A stretch of DNA of 64,000 nt from Bacteroidales bacterium (GTDB lineage Bacteria > Bacteroidota > Bacteroidia > Bacteroidales > VadinHA17): NCBI GenBank assembly GCA_034004115.1, contig JAVEXG010000005.1:2657-66656 (forward strand), given 5' to 3'. The stretch's first letter is position 1. Every line of letters begins with the position of its first letter. Shown piece by piece: positions 9,849-20,323 of the stretch. The notes beneath the pieces were generated by a model. The model made no database searches, was not told the DNA's origin, and saw nothing but the letters and a program-made list of their open reading frames with translations. The position numbers and the translations under genes were made by a program.

Positions 9849-12569
9849 TCAGACTTTCTGAATCCTGACTGCTGATAGCTTAAAAGGAGGTATCCTGCTG
9901 TACGGGTCCAGTTCATCCCTGGTGAGACGGTTGACCTGCGACTCGGTGAAATGCCAGGGCATGAAGACCTCGCCAATGAGCACTTCCTCTGAAATGCGCA
10001 CAAGCGTCTCAAGTTCCCCCCGGCGCGATTCAACCTTCACCCTGCCGCCTTCAAAGAGGCCATAACGTAAGGCGTCTTTCGGATGGATAAGGATAAAAGA
10101 CTCATTGATGAAATCCCTCAGCACTTTTGTCCGCCTGCTCATAGTGGCAGTATGGTAATGGTAAAGCAGCCTGCCGCTGTTGAGCATCAGGGGGTATTCA
10201 GAATCGGTAAACTCATTTTGAGGAATGTATTCAACAGGGAACAGCTTGCCCCGTCCGGTAGGGGTATTGAATCTTTCGAGATAAAGCGTAGGAGTTCCGG
10301 GATGGTCGCTTGTGGGACATGGCCATTGAATACTTCCATTTTCAAGCCTCGCATAGGAAATCCCCGCCATGATGGGCGTTACCCTGGCTATCTCGTCAAA
10401 TATCTCACTCTCATCGCGGTAATCAGGCATCGGTTTGCCCATCCTGCGCGATAGTTCATGGATAATCCTCCAGTCAATCCTTGCAGTTCCCGGACACTCA
10501 ACCGCTTTCCGTGCCCTTAACACCCGACGGTCGCTGTTCACAAAAGTACCTTCCTTTTCAGCCCAGGCTGATGCGGGTAGCACCACATCGGCAAGCCTTG
10601 TGGTCTCAGTCAGGAATATATCCTGGACAACAACAAACTCCATCCTGTTCAGTGCCTCTTCAGTATGATTAAGGTTCGGGTCGCTTATCATGGGATTTTC
10701 TCCCATGATGAAGATGCCCTTTATCTTTCCCTTCCAGGCAGCCTGCATTATCTCCACAGTTGTAAGTCCGGGGCGCGGTGAAAGGGATTCATAAGGCACG
10801 TCCCAAACCTTTGCAACCTTGCGGCGGTTCTCATCATCTGCAACAGGAATATAACCCGGGTAATTGACCGGTGAACAGCCCACGTCTGTAACCCCCTGAA
10901 CATTATTCTGACCCCTCGGCGGATTTATTCCGCATCTTTCACGGCCCACCTGTCCGGTAATAAGCATCATGTTGATGAGGCAAAACACGTTGTGTGTCCC
11001 GGTAACCTGCTGACTCATCCCCATTCCTGTGGCAATCATTGCCGTTGGGGATGTTGCATAAAGCCTGGCGGCCAGTATCAGACTTTCGGCAGGAACTCCG
11101 GTTATCTCCGAAACAAATTCAGGGGTATATCTGGTTACAAGCTCCTCAAGATCCGAGAATGCCTCCATGCCACCCTCAACCCGGTCCTCTATGAATCGCC
11201 TGTCGATCCAGCCATTTTTTATAATGATATGAACCAGCCCGTTGAGCAGGGCAATGTCGGTGCCGAGCTTCGGCTGAAGCCATACGGTTGAGTATTTGAC
11301 GAGCGGAGTCCATTTGGGATCAACCACAATGATTTTCTGTCCTTTTGCGGCCGCCCTTTTCACGTAGGTGGCTGTAATGGGATGAGTATCAATAATGTTG
11401 TTACCAATAACAAACAGGCAATCAGTTGTTTCAAAATCCTGAACCGGATTGCTGCCAGCCCCGTCGCCGATGGCTTTCAGCATTGCCGTAACAGTCGAGG
11501 CATGGCAAAGGCGTGTGCAGTAATCTATGTTATTTGTGCCAAAGACTGTCCGTATAAATCTTTGAAACAAATAGTTATCTTCATTGGAGCATTTTGCCGA
11601 AGCATAACCTGCAAGAGCATCGGAACCATATTTGTCTTTGATCTCAAGAAATTTCGCGGCAATAAGGTCGAGAGCCTCATCCCACGATGCTTCCTCAAAC
11701 TTCCCGTTTCGTCTTATAAGCGGAACTGTCAGTCTGTCGGAACTCTGCACGAATTCATACCCGAACCGACCCTTGACACAAAGGCGTCCATCGTTGGGAA
11801 GAACCCCCTCCACCCCATTTATCCTTACCATTTTTCCATCCTGAACCAATAGTTCCACCTGGCATCCCACACCACAATAAGGACAGGTTGAAACAACCCT
11901 CTTCTCAACTTTCGAAAGATCGATACTAGTCCGGTTGGGTTTTTCAACAATTGCTCCCGTCGGGCACAGCTGAATGCATTCTCCGCAACCATCGCACTCA
12001 CTTTCACCCCAGAGACCTGTTCCTGCAATAATCCACGAACCGGTTCCCCTCCCGTTGAAGGAGAGCACATTCTTACCCTGAACCTCGTCGCAAGCCTTTA
12101 TACAGCGGAAGCACTTTATGCATTTTGAAGGATCATAAGTAAGAACAGGAGAAGAATCCTCGGTTTTAAAGTCAGGTTTATGGCGGAAAGGCTTAAGGAA
12201 CCTGTTAGCAGGCTTATCGAGTCCGTATCTCAGAATCAGTTCCCTAAGCTCGTCAGGGTAAGTCCCGTCATAGTGATGGCTGTACTCGTACAAAAGATAG
12301 TTAAGCAGAAATCTGCGGGTTTCTTCAAGTTCCTGGTCAAATGCGATCACCTTCATCCCTTCGGTCACCTTCACCGTGCATGATGTGGTCATGCCCCTTG
12401 TACCCTCTATTTTTACAAGGCACAGTCTGCAGGCGCCGGTGGGAGTCAGCTTGTGGTGGTAGCACAGGCCGGGTATGGGAATGCCGTTCCTGCGGGCTGC
12501 CTCCAGCAGGTTTGAGCCGGCAGGCGCCTGAACAGTCCTGGCATCGATTGTAAAAGTGGCCATCTCCAT
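9849..12569 (-). CDS. fdhA: formate dehydrogenase alpha subunit (NuoG-like Fe-S N-terminus + molybdopterin oxidoreductase), Cys type
   Basis: 906 aa. N-terminal 2Fe-2S (CYHHKL..CRLC) and 4Fe-4S motifs (CIKCFRCIKAC, CDGCGECIQLCP, CPYCGVGC) are followed by an MopB domain with 'RLCHAST'. There is no in-frame TGA. Confidence 0.85.
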   Translation of the reverse strand: MEMATFTIDARTVQAPAGSNLLEAARRNGIPIPGLCYHHKLTPTGACRLCLVKIEGTRGMTTSCTVKVTEGMKVIAFDQELEETRRFLLNYLLYEYSHHYDGTYPDELRELILRYGLDKPANRFLKPFRHKPDFKTEDSSPVLTYDPSKCIKCFRCIKACDEVQGKNVLSFNGRGTGSWIIAGTGLWGESECDGCGECIQLCPTGAIVEKPNRTSIDLSKVEKRVVSTCPYCGVGCQVELLVQDGKMVRINGVEGVLPNDGRLCVKGRFGYEFVQSSDRLTVPLIRRNGKFEEASWDEALDLIAAKFLEIKDKYGSDALAGYASAKCSNEDNYLFQRFIRTVFGTNNIDYCTRLCHASTVTAMLKAIGDGAGSNPVQDFETTDCLFVIGNNIIDTHPITATYVKRAAAKGQKIIVVDPKWTPLVKYSTVWLQPKLGTDIALLNGLVHIIIKNGWIDRRFIEDRVEGGMEAFSDLEELVTRYTPEFVSEITGVPAESLILAARLYATSPTAMIATGMGMSQQVTGTHNVFCLINMMLITGQVGRERCGINPPRGQNNVQGVTDVGCSPVNYPGYIPVADDENRRKVAKVWDVPYESLSPRPGLTTVEIMQAAWKGKIKGIFIMGENPMISDPNLNHTEEALNRMEFVVVQDIFLTETTRLADVVLPASAWAEKEGTFVNSDRRVLRARKAVECPGTARIDWRIIHELSRRMGKPMPDYRDESEIFDEIARVTPIMAGISYARLENGSIQWPCPTSDHPGTPTLYLERFNTPTGRGKLFPVEYIPQNEFTDSEYPLMLNSGRLLYHYHTATMSRRTKVLRDFINESFILIHPKDALRYGLFEGGRVKVESRRGELETLVRISEEVLIGEVFMPWHFTESQVNRLTRDELDPYSRIPPFKLSAVRIQKV

Positions 12570-12611
12570 AGAAAAACAGTTTAATTAAAGTTGCTGGTTA
12601 CTGGTTGCTGC

Positions 12612-13862
12612 TTACTCATTTGCCAGTGCCTCCGAGAAATGCCCCTGAAGCGTTTCAAGCGGAAGTATTGGCGACTGTCCCAGCGGGCAAAGCGAGCTCC
12701 TGGCTATCTGCCGGGCGTGGATCACCATATCGTCGAGGATTGCAATCCGTTCGCCGGGGGCGGCCAGGGATAAATCCATCGACCGTTCATAAATATACGT
12801 TGTTCCGATTCTGCAGGGAACGCATTTACCGCAGCTCTCGTGTTTGAAAAAGCGCAGAATGCTCTGGATCATTGGAACAAGCTTTCTTTCACTTCCCATT
12901 ACAATCACAGCTCCCGAGCCAAGAGTTGCTCCCCGCTCCTTCAGCCGTTCGTAGCACATCGAAAGATCAGCAGAAGAGTAAGGAACGAAAGTGCCGGCAG
13001 CACCTCCCAGCAGAGCGGCTTTCCAGGGTTTCCCGTCGCGGGTTCCTCCAGCAAGATCGTTTATCAGATCATTCAGGATTGCCCCTGCCTCCACCTCGTA
13101 GCAACCGGGAAGAGCAACATCACCGCTTATCGTGAAAATTTTCGTACCGGGCGTCCTTTCGGTTCCCGACGACCTGTACCATGAACTACCGTTTTCAATG
13201 ATCCCCGGGATGTTAGCCAGCGTCTCGACATTATTGACAAGGGTTGGCTGTCCCCACAGACCCTTTTCGGCCGGGAATGGCGGTTTAATGCGCGGATATC
13301 CCCTCTTTCCCTCGAGCGATTCAAGGAGAGTGAGTTCCTCGCCGCAGAGGTAGGAGCCTGCGCCCGGTTTTATCTCAAGATCAAAAGAAAAACCGCTGCC
13401 CAGAATATTGTTGCCCAGGTATCCCTTTTCGTATGCCTGATTGATAGCACTCTGAAGCTTAATAATCGAATCATAGTATTCACCGCGGATATAAATATAC
13501 CCCTTCCCGGAGCTTATTGAGTATGCTGCTATGGCAATCCCCTCAATCAGCAGGTGGGGATTGGTCTCCATGATTATTCTGTCCTTGAATGTTCCCGGTT
13601 CCCCCTCATCGGCGTTGCAAACAACGTAATGGGTTATCCCGGAGTGTGATCCGGAAGCCGTCTGTTTCTTCACTCCCGTAGGGAATCCGGCGCCGCCCCT
13701 GCCCCGGAGTCCTGATGCAAGCACCTCTTCAACAACCCTTTCCGGACCATCCTCAAGAGCCCTGGCCAGGGCGCGGTATCCCCCGGCATCAACATAATCG
13801 ATAATGCTGCAAGGATTTATCCTGCCTGACGATCCAAGTATAATGCGCTTTTCCTTAATCAT
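12612..13862 (-). CDS. NuoF-like NAD(H)/FMN/4Fe-4S subunit (FDH beta/diaphorase)
   Basis: 416 aa with 'GLRGRGGAGFPTG', 'CNADEGEPGTFKDR' and a C-terminal 'ESCGKCVPCR'. It shares an ATGA overlap with the NuoE-like gene. Confidence 0.85.
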   Translation of the reverse strand: MIKEKRIILGSSGRINPCSIIDYVDAGGYRALARALEDGPERVVEEVLASGLRGRGGAGFPTGVKKQTASGSHSGITHYVVCNADEGEPGTFKDRIIMETNPHLLIEGIAIAAYSISSGKGYIYIRGEYYDSIIKLQSAINQAYEKGYLGNNILGSGFSFDLEIKPGAGSYLCGEELTLLESLEGKRGYPRIKPPFPAEKGLWGQPTLVNNVETLANIPGIIENGSSWYRSSGTERTPGTKIFTISGDVALPGCYEVEAGAILNDLINDLAGGTRDGKPWKAALLGGAAGTFVPYSSADLSMCYERLKERGATLGSGAVIVMGSERKLVPMIQSILRFFKHESCGKCVPCRIGTTYIYERSMDLSLAAPGERIAILDDMVIHARQIARSSLCPLGQSPILPLETLQGHFSEALANE

Positions 13863-14350
13863 TTCGATGGAGGATAAGTAAGTTTCAGCTCATCCAGGAC
13901 AGCTGCCAGCGATTCGCGGGTAAGGTAGCCATAGACCTTCCGGTTGATCATCATAGCCGGAGCAACATCGCAGATACCCAGGCATTCGGCCTCCTCAACA
14001 GTAAAAAGACCGTCGGCAGTGGTTTCACCCGGACGGATGTGAAGCAAGGAGGCAAGCATCTCAAGAATATCAGCCGATCCCAGCATATTGCATACCGGAG
14101 AGTTGCATACTCTTAAAATATAACGCCCTCTCGGTTTAAGGCTGAACATTGAATAATAACCGGCAACACCGTACACCCAGGAAAGATTTACATTAAGGTA
14201 GCGGGCTGTGGCACTCAGAGCCTCCTCTGAGAGATAGTTCTGAGGATGACTATCCTGAAGAGCATGAAAGATTGATAACAAGTTAGCCTTATCGGGGCTG
14301 AATCCGGAAATAATTTCCAGCTGATCCATTGCAATTCGTTTAATCTGCAA
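13859..14350 (-). CDS. NuoE-like 2Fe-2S subunit (FDH gamma)
   Basis: Thioredoxin-like 2Fe-2S pattern 'RVCNSPVC ... CLGICDVAP'. The start is either TTG 14350 or ATG 14329. Confidence 0.8.
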   Translation of the reverse strand: MQIKRIAMDQLEIISGFSPDKANLLSIFHALQDSHPQNYLSEEALSATARYLNVNLSWVYGVAGYYSMFSLKPRGRYILRVCNSPVCNMLGSADILEMLASLLHIRPGETTADGLFTVEEAECLGICDVAPAMMINRKVYGYLTRESLAAVLDELKLTYPPSK

Positions 14351-14389
14351 AAGATACAGAATTTTTTAAAAGGACTAAAACATTCAATT

Positions 14390-15070
14390 ATGATAAATAT
14401 CCATAAAGCCGAAGAAATCCGGAGCAGAATGGATAACTTTACTCCAGGCACAAGGTCAAAAGCACAAATAACCAGCAACCGGGTGGAACGATCAGGAATC
14501 GGAGATATCACAGCCATAGTGCTTGCAGGCGGGCTCAGCAAAAGGATGGGCGGTCCGGACAAAAGCATGCTGCCGGTAAACGGAGTGCCCATGATCCAGC
14601 ACATCGTGAAGCAGCTTGAAAAACATTTCAGGAAAATAATAATAGGAGGCGACGAAAAAAAGTACAGTTTCCTGGGGCACAAAGTAGTACCAGACGAATC
14701 TTCAGGCTCAGGTCCCCTGATGGGAGTATATTCATGTCTGGCGAGATCTGACACAGACCTGAACTTCATTACCGCATGCGACATCCCGGAGATCAGAGTA
14801 GAATTTATTGAAAAGATGATTGAAATATCGGAAGGAGCCGATATAGTGATGCCGGTAAGCGAATCAGGAGAATACGAGCCGCTCCATGCCCTTTACCGCC
14901 GGACAGTATTGCCGGCAGCAGGGAAGCAGCTTGGAGAAGGCGGGCTAAAGCTTTCCGGGCTGGCAGGAAAGGTTAAGACCAGGTACATCAGCTTTGATGG
15001 AGGAGGATGGTATCACAATCTCAACAACAAGGATGACTACGAAAGATACAAAGGTCCGGCTACCGGGTGA
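14390..15070 (+). CDS. mobA: molybdenum cofactor guanylyltransferase
   Basis: 'AIVLAGGLSKRMGGPDKSMLPVNG' is the MobA nucleotide-binding motif. The gene is divergent from the FDH operon. The true start may be the ATG at 14429. Confidence 0.8.
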   Translation: MINIHKAEEIRSRMDNFTPGTRSKAQITSNRVERSGIGDITAIVLAGGLSKRMGGPDKSMLPVNGVPMIQHIVKQLEKHFRKIIIGGDEKKYSFLGHKVVPDESSGSGPLMGVYSCLARSDTDLNFITACDIPEIRVEFIEKMIEISEGADIVMPVSESGEYEPLHALYRRTVLPAAGKQLGEGGLKLSGLAGKVKTRYISFDGGGWYHNLNNKDDYERYKGPATG

Positions 15071-15302
15071 AGGCCCGTATCAGTCACCCCCGGTGTCGCA
15101 ACAGCAAAAGTTTCGTACTTGCGAATGATTCTCTTTTACTAATCTTCTGTTTTTGCCTCTCTTTATCTTTTGCAATATATTATTTTTTGCATATATTTTT
15201 CATTTGACTTGTTTTAGTTTTTGCTAAACATTATCTTTGGAGAAATTTTCCGGCCAGATCATACCAACACCTGAAAACCGGTCACGATACTAAACTTATA
15301 TC

Positions 15303-15764
15303 ATGCCAGACAGATCCATAATAAAAATTCTGACAGACAATAACCTTAAGGTCACTCCGCAGAGAACTGCCGTGCTCGAGGTGATCTATAACCTCAGCAA
15401 CCACCCTTCCGCCGATACAATTATCGACTACCTGCGCCTTAACTTCCCTCATATTCCTCTTAGTACTGTCTATAAAATTCTCGACGTGTTCGTGGAAAAG
15501 GGTATCGTTACTAAAGTGAAAACAGGCGACGATGTGATGCGATATGACTTCGTCAGGGATAAACACCACCACCTGTATTGCGCCGAATCGAACCGTATCG
15601 AAGATTACTTCGACGAGAAACTCGATAAAATCATTGAGGATTACCTTGGCAAAAATCCTATTCCAAACTTCAGGATCAAAGATGTCAAACTTCAAATCAC
15701 CGGAAATTTCACCGACAGACCTTACCCGGAATTGCAGACAAAAAAACCGGATACAATCCAGTGA
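15303..15764 (+). CDS. Fur-family transcriptional regulator (PerR-like by context)
   Basis: Winged-helix 'LKVTPQRTAVLEVI...HPSADTIIDYL' plus 'HHHLYC'. It sits directly upstream of the peroxiredoxin and OsmC genes. Confidence 0.8.
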   Translation: MPDRSIIKILTDNNLKVTPQRTAVLEVIYNLSNHPSADTIIDYLRLNFPHIPLSTVYKILDVFVEKGIVTKVKTGDDVMRYDFVRDKHHHLYCAESNRIEDYFDEKLDKIIEDYLGKNPIPNFRIKDVKLQITGNFTDRPYPELQTKKPDTIQ

Positions 15765-15968
15765 TTATCCTTTGATTTGTCGTAACTTATACTGAAATTT
15801 CCTAAAGATCCTCCTCCACTAAAACTCCCTTCAAGACAATGAATAAGAAAAAATATCTTTCAACAGCTTCAAGCCGTCATGGAACTTGCCCGGAGGCCAG
15901 CCAAAGGTCCGGGAATCACTTTTTTGGATAAACGATAAACATTTACTAACAAAAACAAAACAATCATT

Positions 15969-16676
15969 ATGGAAGAGAACAAATCTTACGCGATGCCGAG
16001 GATCGGCGACAAAGCTCCGGAATTCAAAGCAGTTACCACCCAGGGTGACATTAACTTTCCCTCCGATTATAAGGGTAGCTGGGTTATCCTGTTCAGCCAT
16101 CCGGCTGACTTCACCCCGGTATGTACATCGGAATTCATGACTTTTGCCAGCATGGAAAAGCAGTTCAACGAGGCAAACTGCAAACTCGTCGGATTATCGG
16201 TCGACGGACTATACAGCCACATCGCATGGCTCCGCACAATCAAGGAGAAAATCGAATATAAAGGCATGAAGAATGTCGAAGTCAACTTTCCGCTTATCGA
16301 GGACATTACCATGGAGGTCGCCAATAAATACGGTATGATGCAGCCGGGCGAAAGCTCAACCAAGGCGGTCAGGGCTGTATTCTTCATCGACCCCAAGGGA
16401 ATCGTCCGCACCATTCTCTATTATCCGCTTAGCCTGGGCCGTAACTTTGACGAAATCTACAGGGCTCTTATCGGCTTGCAGACAGCTGATGAATTTTCAG
16501 TTGCTCTTCCCGCCGACTGGCGTCCGGGCGACGATGTGATCGTTCCTACTGCAGGTTCATGCGGCGTTGCAAAACAGCGCATGGAAAGCAAGGAAGAAAT
16601 GACATGCTACGACTGGTTCTTCTGCACCAAGAAGCTTGACAAGGAGAAAGTACTGAATGCAATCCTGAAGAAATAG
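15969..16676 (+). CDS. peroxiredoxin, Prx6-like 1-Cys type
   Basis: Carries 'WVILFSHPADFTPVCTSEF' and shows typical Prx6 length and C-terminus. Confidence 0.85.
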   Translation: MEENKSYAMPRIGDKAPEFKAVTTQGDINFPSDYKGSWVILFSHPADFTPVCTSEFMTFASMEKQFNEANCKLVGLSVDGLYSHIAWLRTIKEKIEYKGMKNVEVNFPLIEDITMEVANKYGMMQPGESSTKAVRAVFFIDPKGIVRTILYYPLSLGRNFDEIYRALIGLQTADEFSVALPADWRPGDDVIVPTAGSCGVAKQRMESKEEMTCYDWFFCTKKLDKEKVLNAILKK

Positions 16677-16746
16677 CTTCATTACCGGCGCCCGGATGTC
16701 ACAGTAAACACACAGGGTATTTATTATGTATAAATGAGACAAAAAA

Positions 16747-17139
16747 ATGATTGAAATAACTTTCGATGGCGGCAAAGTCGTAACAGCCCATACAGGCGGA
16801 CATCAAATAAGAACTGATCAGCCTGTTGATAACGGAGGCGGCAACACAGCACCTGCTCCCTTTGACCTGTTTCTGGCATCAATAGGAACCTGTGCGGGTA
16901 TTTATGTAAAAGGATTCTGCGATAACCGCAACATTCCTGCTGAAAATATCAGGATAATTCAAACGACAGTCTGGAATAAGGAAATCCATCTTCCGGCCTC
17001 CATAAAGCTTGAAATAAAACTTCCCCCTGATTTTCCCGAGAAATACAAGGAATCTCTTATCCACGTGGCAAATCTTTGCCTGGTAAAGAAATCAATTGCA
17101 AATCCTCCCGAATTCACCATTGACGCTTCGTATCAATAA
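16747..17139 (+). CDS. OsmC/Ohr-family protein
   Basis: 130 aa with a 'GGGNTAPAPFDLFLASIGTCAGI' OsmC-type core and a second Cys in 'VANLCLV'. Confidence 0.7.
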   Translation: MIEITFDGGKVVTAHTGGHQIRTDQPVDNGGGNTAPAPFDLFLASIGTCAGIYVKGFCDNRNIPAENIRIIQTTVWNKEIHLPASIKLEIKLPPDFPEKYKESLIHVANLCLVKKSIANPPEFTIDASYQ

Positions 17140-17170
17140 AAAAGGCCGGGTTCTTGCCCGGCTTTTTTTC
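17138..17170. terminator. bidirectional intrinsic terminator (OsmC / xylA convergent)
   Basis: AAAAAAG-GCCGGG-ttcttg-CCCGGC-TTTTTTT. Confidence 0.8.
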
Positions 17171-17208
17171 TAAACATAAAAGTATCCTGATCGCGGCTGA
17201 CTGACTGA

Positions 17209-18534
17209 TTATTCAATAAACATGTTTAGAAGCTGTTCAAGGAGTTCCTGCCTGCCGCTTCGTACTTCGGGCTCACCGGCTTTAACTGCCAGATTCCTGA
17301 GGTCTTCGAGGGTAAGCTTGCCTTTCTCGTAATCCTTGCCGGCTCCCTTGTCGAATGATGCATACCTTTGCTTCTTCATCTTCAGGTAATCACTCTCCTT
17401 CAGAATCTTGTCGGCTGCCACAAGCGCCCTTGCAAACGTATCCATGCCGCTGATATGGGCAATGAACAGGTCCTGCAGGTCGGTTGAATTCCTCCTGATG
17501 TGTGCATCGAAATTGATGCCTCCTGTCCTGAATCCTCCTGCCTGAAGTATAACAAGCATGGCTTCGGTTGTCTCATAGACATTGGTCGGGAACTCATCCG
17601 TATCCCATCCGTTCTGGTAATCTCCCTTGTTGGCATCTATGCTTCCTATCATATCATCGCAGGCTGCAACCTGGAGATCGTGGGCAAAGGTGTGGCCTGC
17701 CAGTGTCGCATGGTTTACTTCAATATTCAGCTTGAAGTCCTTGTCGAGACCATAGTTCTTCAGGAAGCCGATAACCGTTGCTGCATCGTAATCGTACTGG
17801 TGCTTGGTGGGTTCCATCGGCTTCGGTTCAATGAGGAAGGTTCCCGTAAAGCCCTGCTTCCTTCCGTAATCGCGTGCCTTTGTAAGCATCATGGCCAGAT
17901 GATCGAGTTCCCTCTTCATATCGGTGTTGTGAAGACTCGTATACCCTTCGCGTCCTCCCCAGAAAACATAGTTCTCCCCTCCGAGAGCTATAGTCGCATC
18001 AATTGCATTCTTAAGCTGGACAGCCGCATTTGTGAGAACCGCAAAATCGGGATTGGTGGCAGCACCGTTCATATACCTTGGATTGCCGAACAGATTTGCC
18101 GTGCCCCACAGAAGCTTCACCCCTGTCTGGTCCTGCAGTTTCTTCATCACAGGCACGTATTTTTCAAGGCGTTTTTCAATATCGAGTACCGACCCGTCGT
18201 TTCCAACAACGTCAACATCATGGAAGCAATAATAGGGGGCCCCAATTTTGGTGGTAAACTCGAACGCCGCATCCAGCCTGTGGCTAATCTTGTCATCGAG
18301 CTTCATGTCATCCCACGGGAAAAAATGCGTTGTGCTGCCAAACTGATCGGTACCATCACCACAGAATGAATGCCAGTAAGCAACAGCAAAACGCATATGA
18401 TCCTTCATCTTTTTTCCCGAAACCACCTGTTCGGGATTATACCACCTGAATGCAAGGGGATTCTTTGATTTCCTGCCTTCATACTCGATCTTCCCGATTC
18501 CGGGATAGAACTCTTTTCTGCCTTTGTAAATCAT
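17209..18534 (-). CDS. xylA: xylose isomerase
   Basis: Class II XylA hallmarks are present (FCFHD-like 'YYCFHDVD', '[16 protein letters not shown]', '[15 protein letters not shown]'). The start was moved to ATG 18534 (MIYKGRKEF); the track start is TTG. Confidence 0.9.
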   Translation of the reverse strand: MIYKGRKEFYPGIGKIEYEGRKSKNPLAFRWYNPEQVVSGKKMKDHMRFAVAYWHSFCGDGTDQFGSTTHFFPWDDMKLDDKISHRLDAAFEFTTKIGAPYYCFHDVDVVGNDGSVLDIEKRLEKYVPVMKKLQDQTGVKLLWGTANLFGNPRYMNGAATNPDFAVLTNAAVQLKNAIDATIALGGENYVFWGGREGYTSLHNTDMKRELDHLAMMLTKARDYGRKQGFTGTFLIEPKPMEPTKHQYDYDAATVIGFLKNYGLDKDFKLNIEVNHATLAGHTFAHDLQVAACDDMIGSIDANKGDYQNGWDTDEFPTNVYETTEAMLVILQAGGFRTGGINFDAHIRRNSTDLQDLFIAHISGMDTFARALVAADKILKESDYLKMKKQRYASFDKGAGKDYEKGKLTLEDLRNLAVKAGEPEVRSGRQELLEQLLNMFIE

Positions 18535-18626
18535 ATCAGTAATTTTTGTTAAAGTATTTCTTTGATCCGTATAACACAAAATAAGAAAGGAAAGTGCAAC
18601 ATTTTTAGCTAAAATTCAAATAATTA

Positions 18627-20105
18627 TCAAACATTTTTTAGAAGTTCTCTCCATTTTTCCCAGGCATCTTCATAAGCACCCTTCCTTGAGCTGTCAGGCT
18701 CGGTGGTACCAACCGGCCTGAGTCCTGAAAATGCTTCACCTGCCGATTTGTAGTATCCGCAGCCAATCCCGGCTCCGCGGGCAGCTCCAACCGAACCGTC
18801 TGTATTATAAAGATGAATCTCTGCTCCCGTAATGCAAGAGAGAGCCTCCCTGAAGACAGGGCTGAGAAACATATTCGCCATTCCGGCCCTTATTAGGCCC
18901 GCATCAATTCCGGTCTCCTGCATTATGTCGAGACCATACCTGAATGAAAAAGCTATTCCCTCCTGTGCAGCCCTGAAAAGATGGGCATTCGAATGCCTGT
19001 TGAAGTTCAGTCCGGAAATCCGGCATCCGATATCCCTGTTCATCAGGATTCTTTCGGCCCCGTTACCGAAGGGAAGAATTGACAACCCGTCGGACCCGGG
19101 TTCAACTTCCGCTGCAAGTCTGTTCATTCCGTTATAGTCGATACCGCTGCCGGTGTTTCTCTTCAACCAGGAATTCAATATCCCGGTGCCGTTTATGCAA
19201 AGCAGAACTCCCAGGCGGGGATTGGAACTTGTGTGATTTACATGCAGAAATGTATTAACCCTCGAAAGCGGATCATACCTTGTCTGATCGGTAACCCCGT
19301 ATATCACCCCGGATGTGCCTGCCGTGGCGGCAACTTCTCCCGGCTGAAGTACATTGAGCGACAGTGCGTTGTTGGGCTGGTCGCCGGCCCGGTATGAAAC
19401 AGGAATACCCGCAGGAAGGCCGAGCTCAACTGCAATATCCTCCCTGAGCAATCCCTGCACCGAGAAGGATTCCCTCTGATCAGGAATAATATCCTGACTG
19501 AATCCGAAAGTTTCCATCAGCTCACCCGAGAGGCCTCCCCTCCTGAAATCCCAGAAAATACCCTCTGAAAGACCTGTGAAAGATGTCACAATCTCCCCCG
19601 TCATCCTCATTGCAATATAATCGCCCGGAAGCATTATCTTAAAAATCCTGCCAAACAGGTCTGGTTCATTTTCCTTAACCCAGGCAAGCTTGGCAGCGGT
19701 GAAGTTTCCAGGAGAATTAAGCAGATGGGACAGACAAAAGTCGCTCCCCAGTTTTTCAAAGGCATTCTGTCCGTACTTAACAGCACGGCTGTCGCACCAG
19801 ATTATGGATGGACGAAGAGGCTTCATATCAGTTCCTACAGCAACAAGCCCGTGCATCTGATAAGAGATACCGACGGCGCCGATACCATCCTTCCTGTCCC
19901 CGAGCTGACTGATGCACTCATGAATCGCCGACCGAAGGTTCAGCCACCAGTCCTCCGGGTCCTGTTCAGCCCAGCCCGGATTAATAGCAACAATCTTCAT
20001 CTCATCCTTTGGATAAAAGGCTGAAGCCAGGCATTCGCCCGATTCGCCGTCAATAACCGAAGCCTTCACGGAAGAACTCCCAAGATCAATCCCCAATAAC
20101 AGCAT
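18627..20105 (-). CDS. xylB: xylulokinase (FGGY carbohydrate kinase)
   Basis: 'LLGIDLGSSSVKA' at the N-terminus, FGGY C-terminal motifs, and adjacency to xylA. Confidence 0.85.
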   Translation of the reverse strand: MLLLGIDLGSSSVKASVIDGESGECLASAFYPKDEMKIVAINPGWAEQDPEDWWLNLRSAIHECISQLGDRKDGIGAVGISYQMHGLVAVGTDMKPLRPSIIWCDSRAVKYGQNAFEKLGSDFCLSHLLNSPGNFTAAKLAWVKENEPDLFGRIFKIMLPGDYIAMRMTGEIVTSFTGLSEGIFWDFRRGGLSGELMETFGFSQDIIPDQRESFSVQGLLREDIAVELGLPAGIPVSYRAGDQPNNALSLNVLQPGEVAATAGTSGVIYGVTDQTRYDPLSRVNTFLHVNHTSSNPRLGVLLCINGTGILNSWLKRNTGSGIDYNGMNRLAAEVEPGSDGLSILPFGNGAERILMNRDIGCRISGLNFNRHSNAHLFRAAQEGIAFSFRYGLDIMQETGIDAGLIRAGMANMFLSPVFREALSCITGAEIHLYNTDGSVGAARGAGIGCGYYKSAGEAFSGLRPVGTTEPDSSRKGAYEDAWEKWRELLKNV

Positions 20106-20323
20106 GTCGTTTCCAGTTTTATTTTATTCAATTACCTGATTAAAGATCCTTACCAGCCGTCCGGAGGTATAATGGTTTGCCTTCAGGAGCGGATTTCCGG
20201 CCCGGTAAACTGTATTTCCGGTATTTGCAACTCCTGCAATGGCTGTCAGATATACCTTTATATTATATATATTATATGGCCGCAGGCAATCAGCAATTGC
20301 GGATATTATAATCAGATACTTCA

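Noticed and set aside
9849-12569. A selenocysteine-containing formate dehydrogenase.
   Set aside because: The ORF is uninterrupted and the active-site position reads RLCHAST (Cys). There is no in-frame TGA and no SECIS-like hairpin.
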